Assembly: GCA_963826115.1 (NCBI GenBank)
Contig: CAWGVS010000010.1
Span: 320,001-384,000 of the forward strand
Length of the DNA stretch: 64,000 nt
Origin: an uncultured Candidatus Rokubacteria bacterium
Lineage (GTDB): Bacteria; Methylomirabilota; Methylomirabilia; Rokubacteriales; DASRDR01
Reading direction: 5' to 3'
Below, in pieces: positions 57,353 through 64,000 of this stretch. The notes under the pieces are model-generated. The model saw only the letters and a list, made by a program, of their open reading frames with translations. It made no database searches and was not told where the DNA came from. Numbering within the stretch: position 1 is the first letter of the stretch; the number at the start of each line of letters is the position of its first letter. The translations under genes and the position numbers were made by a program.

Positions 57353-57374
57353 GTGACCGGTCACAAATCTAGCA
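57353..57374 (-). promoter_or_regulatory. Extended -10 promoter plus LacI-type operator for the sugar ABC-GH31 operon
   Basis: Minus strand TGC-TAGATT-T-GTGACCGGTCAC; palindrome at 57353-57364. Confidence 0.8.
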
Positions 57375-57443
57375 CCGGACCGCATGGACCTCCAGTGCCG
57401 TCCCGCGCGCCGCGGGCGGGGACGGCGGAGCGCGGGGCTGCGA

Positions 57444-57486
57444 TTGACAGCTCCCCAGCGCCTTGCTAGGGTGTGACCGGTCACAC
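57444..57486 (+). promoter_or_regulatory. Sigma70 promoter plus operator of the LacI gene (autoregulation)
   Basis: TTGACA (57444)-N17-TAGGGT (57467) with TG extension. 16-bp perfect palindrome GTGTGACCGGTCACAC at 57471-57486. Confidence 0.85.
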
Positions 57487-57495
57487 GGAGTCAGC

Positions 57496-58623
57496 ATGAG
57501 CCCACCACCGGCGCGGAAGCGAGTGACCATCCGAGACGTCGCCCGGATCGCGCGCGTCTCCCACCAGACGGTCTCGCGCTTCATCAACGGCGAGAACCAC
57601 ATCGCGCCGCTCACCCGCACGCGGGTGGAGCAGGCGATCGCCAAGCTCCGGTTCCACCCGAGCCACATCGCCCGGAGCCTGGTCAGCCGGCAGACGAAGA
57701 CGGTGGGCCTGGTGATGGGGGACGTGGCGAGCCCCTTCTTTCCCGACGTCGCGCGCGGGGCCGAGGACGTGCTGGCGGCGGCCGGCTACAGCCTCATCCT
57801 CTCGAGCAGCCGGCGCGATCCCGAGCGCGAGCTCCGCAACGTGCGGCACCTGCTCGAGCGGAGCACCGACGGGCTCATCCTGGGGGCGCCGCAGTCTCCG
57901 ACCGACGAGCTGGCCGAGATCGCCCGCCGCGCGGCCGTCCCGATGGTGTTCCTGAACCGTGAGGTCAAGGGGCCGCACGTGTCCGCCGTCTGGATCGACT
58001 GGCCGACGGCCACGGCGGAGGTCGTGTCGTACCTCGCCGGTCTCGGCCACCGGCGCATCGCGCTCGTGGTGCCTGCCCGGAGCGACGCGCGGGTCGGTAA
58101 CCGCGAGGACTGGTACCGGCCCGCGCTCGCCCGGACCGGGCTGGGACCCGACCGGGCGCTGATCTTCCGTGAGGCCATGTCGATCGAGGGCGGCCACGCC
58201 GCCGGCCAGCGCCTCCTCGGGACCGAGCCCCGCCCGACGGCGGCCATCTGCCACAACGACGTGATGGCGATCGGGCTCCTGCAGGCCTCGGCCGAGCGAG
58301 GGCTGCGCGTCCCCGAGGACCTGTCCATCGTCGGGTGGGACGACGTGCCGTACGCGAGCCTCGTCACACCCCCGCTCACCACCGTGCGCGTGCCGCGGTA
58401 CGAGCTCGGCCAGGCCGCGGCGCGGAAGCTGCTCGACCTGATGGCCGGCCGGCCCGGCGGCGCGCCGGAGCCGCCCTTGGCCCTCCAGCTGATCGTGCGC
58501 CGAAGCTCGGGCCCACCGGGCGAGGGCGCGTCCCGAGACCGTGAAACGCGACCCGAGGTCGCCGACCCACCGGCCAGAGGAGGAGCGCGGCGAGTGCGCC
58601 GCAGGTCTTCGAGCGTGTCGTGA
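57496..58623 (+). CDS. LacI/GalR family transcriptional regulator
   Basis: HTH VTIRDVARIARVSHQTVSR, hinge ARSL, PTAAICHNDVMAIG, VPEDLSIVGWDD, PPLTTV. Confidence 0.96.
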   Translation: MSPPPARKRVTIRDVARIARVSHQTVSRFINGENHIAPLTRTRVEQAIAKLRFHPSHIARSLVSRQTKTVGLVMGDVASPFFPDVARGAEDVLAAAGYSLILSSSRRDPERELRNVRHLLERSTDGLILGAPQSPTDELAEIARRAAVPMVFLNREVKGPHVSAVWIDWPTATAEVVSYLAGLGHRRIALVVPARSDARVGNREDWYRPALARTGLGPDRALIFREAMSIEGGHAAGQRLLGTEPRPTAAICHNDVMAIGLLQASAERGLRVPEDLSIVGWDDVPYASLVTPPLTTVRVPRYELGQAAARKLLDLMAGRPGGAPEPPLALQLIVRRSSGPPGEGASRDRETRPEVADPPARGGARRVRRRSSSVS

Positions 58624-58675
58624 TGGTCCCGAGGCCCGAGGAGACCCTCACCGAAGAGGGGAGAAGGGGAAACCC

Positions 58676-60739
58676 ATGAGCGATCCAGAGGACATCGAGC
58701 GCAGCGACGGGGAGCACGGAGGTCTGTCACGCCGCGACATGCTGCGGCTCGGGGTGCTGGCCTTGTCGGCAACGCAGCTGCCCGCGACCGCCAGCGCCCA
58801 GGGCCCCAAGCCGGGCGCGCACCTGATCGGGAAGCTGGAGGGCGCCGAGGTCATCACCGACCCCGGGCAGGTCCCCAAGCGCTTCAACGAGGCGCCGCAG
58901 CTGGCGGAGCTGGTCAAGGCCGGCAAGCTGCCGCCGGTCGAGCAGCGCATCGGGCAGGACCCGCTCGTGGTCAAGCCGCTCCGCGAGGTCGGCCGCTACG
59001 GCGGGACCTGGCGTCGCGGCTTCACGGGGCCGTTCGACTTCTCCAATGCCCACCGCGTCGCGCAGAACGACAAGCTCCTCTACTGGGACTACACCGGGAC
59101 GAAGGTCGTCCCGAACATCGCCCGCGGCTGGGAGGTCAGCCCGGACGGCCGGGTCACGACGCTCCTCCTCCGCCGCGGCATGAAGTGGAGCGACGGGCAC
59201 CCGTTCACGGCGGACGACTTCGTGTTCTGGTTCGAGGACGTCTACCAGAACAAGGAGCTCGTGCCGACGCCGCTGACCGTCATGACGATCAACGGGAAGC
59301 CGATCACGGTCCGGAAGGTCGACGCCGCCTCGGTGCAGTTCGTCGCGCCGGATCCCTACTACGCCCTTCCCATCGTGCTGGCGTCGGTCTGGGGCATCGG
59401 GCACCACGCGCGGTTCGGCCGCGACGCGCTGGGCGGCTTCGCCCCCGCGCACTACATGAAGCAGTTCCACCCGAAGTACACCTCGAAGGCCGACATCGAC
59501 AAGAAGGTGGCCGAGGTCAACGTCAACAGCTGGGTGACGCTGTTCAAGAACCGGAACAACTCGTGCGTGAACCCGGACCTGCCGGTCGTCACGCCCTGGA
59601 AGACGACGCAGCCCATCAACACTCCGCGCTTCGTGCTGGAGCGGAACCCGTACAGCATCTGGGTCGACACGGCGGGCAACCAGCTCCCCTACATCGACCG
59701 CATCCAGATGACGCTCGGCGAGAATCTCGAGATCATCAACCTCCGGGCCATCGCCGGCGAGTACGACTCGCAGGCGCGCCACATCGACATCGGGAAGCTC
59801 CCGGTCCTGCTGGAGAACCAGCAGAAGGGCGGCTACCGCGTGTATCTCGATCCGTCCGACCAGGGCGCCGACGTGGGGCTGTTCTGCAACACGAGCTACG
59901 AGAAGGATCCCGAGGTCGCGAAGTGGCTCAGCTCGCGGGAGTTCCGCATCGCGCTGTCGCACGGCATCGACCGCACGCAGATCAACGAGACCTTCGTCCT
60001 GGGCCTCGGCCAGACGGGGTCGGCGGCGCCGGGCGAGCGCACCCCGTACTTCCCGGGGCCGGAGTTCAAGACGCTGCACACGGCCTTCGACGTGAAGAAG
60101 GCGAACGAGATGCTGGACAAGCTCGGGCTGGACAAGAAGGACGCCGACGGATACCGGCTCCGGACCGACGGCGGCGGGCGGCTCCAGATCGCGCTCACGA
60201 CGTACGTGGGGTTCCTCCCGTTCACGAAGATCGCGGAGATGGTGGCCGAGCACTGGAAGAAGATCGGCATCCGGGGTGACGTCCAGGAGCTCGAACGCGG
60301 TCTCGCCACCGCGCGCATGCGGGCCAACGAGCACCACATCTACTTCGAGACGCAATGGGGCGCCGACAACATGTACGGCCACACCCCGTGGTTCTTCCCG
60401 ACCGACGGCGGCGTGCCGACCGGCCCGGTCTACGGCACCTGGTACTCGAGCGCCGGCGCCCAGGGCAAGACGCCGCCGCCCCGGATGCGCGAGCTCATGG
60501 ACAAGTACCGCAAGTCGTTCGGCGTGCCGGACCAGGAGCGGACGCAGCTCGCGAAGGACGTCTGGAAGATCGCACTCGACGAGCTGTGGGTCATCCCGGT
60601 GGTCGCGAACTCGCCCGCCTCGCAGGGCGTGCGCGTCATCAAGACCAACATGGGGAACATCCCCGAGCGCCTCTGGAACAGCGCGGTGAGCGACAATCCC
60701 CACATCGCGCACACGGAGACCTGGTACTTCAAGTCGTAG
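58676..60739 (+). CDS. Tat-exported family 5 SBP of the oligosaccharide-binding type
   Basis: Twin-arginine SRRDML plus ASA-Q cleavage site. FNEAPQLAELVKAGKLPPVEQR, GRYGG, KWSDGHPFTADDF, ERNPY, DTAGNQLPYID. Confidence 0.9.
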   Translation: MSDPEDIERSDGEHGGLSRRDMLRLGVLALSATQLPATASAQGPKPGAHLIGKLEGAEVITDPGQVPKRFNEAPQLAELVKAGKLPPVEQRIGQDPLVVKPLREVGRYGGTWRRGFTGPFDFSNAHRVAQNDKLLYWDYTGTKVVPNIARGWEVSPDGRVTTLLLRRGMKWSDGHPFTADDFVFWFEDVYQNKELVPTPLTVMTINGKPITVRKVDAASVQFVAPDPYYALPIVLASVWGIGHHARFGRDALGGFAPAHYMKQFHPKYTSKADIDKKVAEVNVNSWVTLFKNRNNSCVNPDLPVVTPWKTTQPINTPRFVLERNPYSIWVDTAGNQLPYIDRIQMTLGENLEIINLRAIAGEYDSQARHIDIGKLPVLLENQQKGGYRVYLDPSDQGADVGLFCNTSYEKDPEVAKWLSSREFRIALSHGIDRTQINETFVLGLGQTGSAAPGERTPYFPGPEFKTLHTAFDVKKANEMLDKLGLDKKDADGYRLRTDGGGRLQIALTTYVGFLPFTKIAEMVAEHWKKIGIRGDVQELERGLATARMRANEHHIYFETQWGADNMYGHTPWFFPTDGGVPTGPVYGTWYSSAGAQGKTPPPRMRELMDKYRKSFGVPDQERTQLAKDVWKIALDELWVIPVVANSPASQGVRVIKTNMGNIPERLWNSAVSDNPHIAHTETWYFKS

Positions 60740-60765
60740 CGGGCGCAGGACGGCAGCATCGGGTA

Positions 60766-60810
60766 GGCCGGTCCAGCGGTCGAGGGTGACGCCCTCGCCG
60801 CCGACCGGCC
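60766..60810. terminator. Long hairpin between convergent genes (possible bidirectional terminator)
   Basis: Nested stems GGCCGGTC/GACCGGCC, GCGG/CCGC and CGAGGG/CCCTCG. Confidence 0.5.
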
Positions 60811-60880
60811 CGCCCGCGCTCCATCACGCCGTGAGCCGGTCGAGCCCGCCCGGCCGTCTTCCTGCCAGGACGATCAGTCC

Positions 60881-63253
60881 TCAGGTCGTCGTGCGCACGG
60901 TCACGGTGGCAGAAAGGCCGGCGGCCAGGCGCACGACGGTGAAGCCGTCGCCGTCGACCCACCAGCCCGGCCCCGTCGCGTTGGGGCCCGCGAGCCGCGC
61001 CAGGTCGCCGTGGCCTTCCGCGCTCACCGCGGCTGGCCGGTCGATGCGGAGCCGCAGCCGGTAGTGCCGCCCCGCGGGCACGACCGACCGGTCACCCGCC
61101 GGTGCGGCGATCCGCACCCCCACGCGGCCTGTCTCGGCGACGCACTCGATCGCCGTGATCGCGTGGCGACCCTGGCGGTAGGCGTTCGTCCGCCCGTCGT
61201 CCTCGTACAGCTCGAAGCGTGAGCGGCCCTCCGGGTAGACGAGGAGCGTGACCTCGTCCAGTGGACGCTCGCCGGTGTGCTGGACGACGGGGCCCATCGG
61301 GATGATCGCGCCGCCCCGGACGAGGAGCGGCAGCCGCTCGAGCGGCGCGGGGAGCGTGACCCCGCCCGGCCCGTCGTGGCGGGCGCCGGTCCAGAAGTCG
61401 TACCAGCGCCCCTCGGGAAGATAGACCGGCCACGCGGTCGCGCCCTCGCGGGTGACCGGCGCGACGAGCAGGTCGTCGCCCCACAGGAACTCGTGGCCGA
61501 GCGTCCAGGTCCGCGGGTCGTCGGGGTAGTTCAGCACCAGCGGGCGCATCAGGGGGAGGCCCAGCGCGTGCGCCTGCCAGGCCAGCGTGTAGGTGTAGGG
61601 GAGGAGCTCGTAGCGCAGCTCGGCGTAGCGCCGGCAGATCGCCTCCACCTCGGGCCCGTGCGCCCACGGGACGTGCTCCCGCCAGACCCAGCCGTGGGAG
61701 CGGAACGTCGGGCTGAACGCGCCGAGCTGGAACCAGCGCGCGTAGAGCTCCCCGGTCTCCGGGACGGAATGGAAGAAGCCGCCGATGTCCGTTCCCCAGT
61801 ACGGGACGCCGGAGAGCCCCGTGTTCAGACCGAGCGGCACCTGGGCGTCGAGGGTCGGGAAGTCGTTGTTGATGTCGCCAGACCAGCACGAGGCGCCGAA
61901 GCGCTGCATCCCCGCCGCGCCGGACCGGCAGAGGAGGAACACGCGCTGGTCGGGACGGTCGGCGGCCTCGCCCTCGGCGAACGCCTGGTGGCGGAGGCGG
62001 TCGTAGATGTTGTGGAGGAGCGTCCCGTCGCCGCCCTGGAGCTGCGCGCTCGCGGGCGGCCCCTCGCCCCCGTCGAGCCACCAGCCCGCGATGCCGAGGC
62101 GCACGAGGTCCCGGTGCACCGCCCACCACCAGCGTCCCGCCGCCGGATTGGAGAAGTCGACGTAGCGCTGCCCTTCCCGGTAGGTCGCCGGCGGGCGTGG
62201 CCGTCCGTCGGCGCTGACCTTCTCGTAGCCGGCCGCCAGGAGGTACCCCCGCGCCTCGGCCTCGGAGAAGAGCGGCGAGTCCTCGTGGAGCACCGGGTAC
62301 TCGTGCGTGATGAGCTCGAAGTGCCGGGCCTGCGCCTCCCGGAGGATGGCGCCGTGGTCGGGCCAGAGGTCGGGCTGGAACTCGAGATGGCCGACCCCGC
62401 GGTTCCAGCCCCGGGCCTCCCCGTAGGTCGACAGGTAGATGAGGGCGTCGCAGGGAATCCGCCTGTCACGGAGCGTGCGCGGCAGCTGGCGCAGCTCGGC
62501 CGTGTCGTGGAAATGCCGGGTGGACTGGAGGAAGCCGAGCGCCCACCGCGGCGGCATCGGGGCCCGGCCGAGGAGCTCCGCGACCTCGCCCATCAGCGCC
62601 CGCAGGTCCCGGCCGATCAGGAAATACCAGACGAGGCGGCCCGACTCCGCGGCGTACGTGACGCGCACGCCGTTGTCCGACCGGCCCACCGTGACCTGGG
62701 CGTCACTCGAGTTGTCGAAGAACACCGCGTACCCGCGGTTCGACACGAGGAGCGGCACCGCCATGTCCGAGCCGGGGCCGTGACCGAGGTGCGTGTTCCA
62801 GAGCTGGCGGCTCACTCCCAGCCGGTCCAACTGGCCGCCGCCCTGGCCGAGCCCGTAGAAGTGCTGCTCGCCGGAGAACGCGAAGCGCGCGTGGAGGCGC
62901 GCGCGGCCGTCGGCCAGCCGCTCCCGCGCCATCCCGCCGTCGGGCGGCTCGCGCAGGAGCCAGCTGCCCGCGCCGTCGAGGAACGCGAGGCGCACGGGGG
63001 CGGTTTCCACCTCGACGCCGAGATCGGAGGTCCCGAGCCGCACGGGCTCCCCGTCGCGGACCTCGACCGGCGCGCCCGGCCAGTCCCGCGGGAGGACGAA
63101 CGACGGCCCGGCCTCCGCGCCGTCGGCCTCGAGCTCGACGCGCGCGATGCGGGGCGTGCAGAACGTGATCGACACGCGGGACGGGCCGTCGCCAAACCGG
63201 ACCGTCGATCCCTCCCGCTGGAACCGTGTCGCCCCCCGCGACGGGGTGTCCAA
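60881..63253 (-). CDS. Glycoside hydrolase family 31 protein (atypical subfamily)
   Basis: FYGLGQ, PMPPRWALGF, VDFSNP, nucleophile region WWLDGGE, WSGD, WGTDIGGF, ELYARWFQ, FRSHG, LYEDDG. TTG start after SD GAGGAGG. Confidence 0.92.
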   Translation of the reverse strand: MDTPSRGATRFQREGSTVRFGDGPSRVSITFCTPRIARVELEADGAEAGPSFVLPRDWPGAPVEVRDGEPVRLGTSDLGVEVETAPVRLAFLDGAGSWLLREPPDGGMARERLADGRARLHARFAFSGEQHFYGLGQGGGQLDRLGVSRQLWNTHLGHGPGSDMAVPLLVSNRGYAVFFDNSSDAQVTVGRSDNGVRVTYAAESGRLVWYFLIGRDLRALMGEVAELLGRAPMPPRWALGFLQSTRHFHDTAELRQLPRTLRDRRIPCDALIYLSTYGEARGWNRGVGHLEFQPDLWPDHGAILREAQARHFELITHEYPVLHEDSPLFSEAEARGYLLAAGYEKVSADGRPRPPATYREGQRYVDFSNPAAGRWWWAVHRDLVRLGIAGWWLDGGEGPPASAQLQGGDGTLLHNIYDRLRHQAFAEGEAADRPDQRVFLLCRSGAAGMQRFGASCWSGDINNDFPTLDAQVPLGLNTGLSGVPYWGTDIGGFFHSVPETGELYARWFQLGAFSPTFRSHGWVWREHVPWAHGPEVEAICRRYAELRYELLPYTYTLAWQAHALGLPLMRPLVLNYPDDPRTWTLGHEFLWGDDLLVAPVTREGATAWPVYLPEGRWYDFWTGARHDGPGGVTLPAPLERLPLLVRGGAIIPMGPVVQHTGERPLDEVTLLVYPEGRSRFELYEDDGRTNAYRQGRHAITAIECVAETGRVGVRIAAPAGDRSVVPAGRHYRLRLRIDRPAAVSAEGHGDLARLAGPNATGPGWWVDGDGFTVVRLAAGLSATVTVRTTT

Positions 63254-63328
63254 GGCCGTCCTCCTCGTCTGGCTGGTGCGATGCGCGGGCGGATCGCCGG
63301 ACGCGCGAGCGCCCTCGCGACCCGTGAC

Positions 63329-63349
63329 GTGACCGGTCACATCCTATCA
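63329..63349 (-). promoter_or_regulatory. Extended -10 promoter plus LacI-type operator for the second GH31 gene
   Basis: Minus strand TGA-TAGGAT-GTGACCGGTCAC; palindrome at 63329-63340. Confidence 0.8.
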
Positions 63350-63473
63350 GACCGTGCGCCCCCAGGGCGCCGCGCGATGGGGCGCCGGTGCGCGGCGGAC
63401 GCGCGTCGCTGGATTTGCGCTGGGGCATCCCGTATACTTCCGAGGGTTTGCCCGGCTCCCGGGCACTCGCGCT

Positions 63474-64000
63474 ATGGATCGGCGAAACCTTCAGTCGCAG
63501 CTTCCCACCGGGGTGAAGATCTACCTCCCCGACGAGGCGTCCCGTCTTCGGGGCCTCCAGGAGCGTCTCCTCGGCGTCTTCCGGCTCTGGGGCTATCGCG
63601 AGGTCATGACGCCGACCTTCGAGTTCTTCGACGTCCTCGCGCTGGGGACGGACGAGGCGGTCCAGGAGGGGATGTTCAAGTTCGTCGACCCGGACACCGG
63701 GCGCATGCTCGCGCTCCGCGCCGACGTGACCCCCCAGATCGCGCGCATCGCCGCCACGCGCCTCCGCGACCGGCCCAAGCCCTACCGCCTCGCCTACCGG
63801 ACCAACGTGTTCCGCCACGAGGCCCCGCGGCTCGGCCGGATGCGGGAGTTCTACCAGGCGGGCGTGGAGCTCCTCGGGCTCGACAAGCCGGAGGCGGACG
63901 CCGAGATGATCTCGATGGCCATCGAGGCGTTCCGGGCGGCCGGGCTCGAGCGCTTCCAGATCGACGTCGGCCACGTCGAGTTCGCGCGCGGCGTGCTCGA
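63474..64000 (+). CDS. hisZ: ATP phosphoribosyltransferase regulatory subunit HisZ, 3'-truncated by window edge
   Basis: My translation: MDRRNLQSQLPTGVKIYLPDEA...WGYREVMTPTFEF...FKFVD...LALRADVTPQIAR...RLAY..NVFR...REFYQAGVELLG. TATACT at 63433. Not in the ORF track because there is no stop in the window. Confidence 0.88.
   Translation, partial: MDRRNLQSQLPTGVKIYLPDEASRLRGLQERLLGVFRLWGYREVMTPTFEFFDVLALGTDEAVQEGMFKFVDPDTGRMLALRADVTPQIARIAATRLRDRPKPYRLAYRTNVFRHEAPRLGRMREFYQAGVELLGLDKPEADAEMISMAIEAFRAAGLERFQIDVGHVEFARGVL

Noticed and set aside
46049-63253. Sulfoquinovose monooxygenase (sulfo-SMO) pathway, given LLM + GH31 + ABC
   Set aside because: Neither GH31 shows YihQ-type motifs (WMADFGE), one is clearly YicI-like, there is no flavin reductase, and the dehydrogenase is XylB-like.
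1-64000. CRISPR arrays, tRNA/rRNA genes, IS elements, integron attC sites, prophage or defence genes
   Set aside because: No spaced repeat arrays, RNA gene signatures, transposase/integrase motifs or attC-like sites were seen by eye. Dedicated scans would be needed to exclude small RNAs.

Overview
Very GC-rich bacterial genomic window. The gene content (many family-5 peptide-ABC binding proteins, a dcw cluster followed by pgeF-yggS-proC-yggT-divIVA-DUF167) suggests a Candidatus Rokubacteria/Methylomirabilota-like soil bacterium, but this is inference only. Layout: (1) 1-16.4 kb: two ATPase-less Dpp/Opp-type ABC clusters (the first with tandem paralogous binding proteins, the second broken by many single-base indels that look like a two-strain consensus artefact), an SDR, a DUF4864-like gene, an MFS transporter, an IlvD/Edd dehydratase, an orphan AceE-like ThDP enzyme and a bactofilin + zinc-ribbon pair. 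(2) 16.5-38.8 kb: a dcw cluster (mraZ to ftsZ) with a clear sigma70 promoter and MraZ boxes but no murG or ddl, then pgeF to mtnA and a class V aminotransferase. (3) 38.8-46 kb: an accessory block with two paralogous CapK/PaaK-like ligases, a GNAT, an ABC-F protein, a sulfotransferase and a sulfotransferase remnant. (4) 46-63.3 kb: a pentose-glycoside utilisation locus (LLM oxidoreductase, GH127, lactonase, mutarotase, xylose dehydrogenase, two GH31, sugar ABC, LacI regulator, Tat-exported binding protein) in which three promoters share an extended -10 element followed by the palindrome GTGACCGGTCAC. (5) A partial hisZ at the right edge. No rRNA, tRNA, CRISPR array or transposase was recognised. 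All calls are by eye from motifs; no database searches were run.
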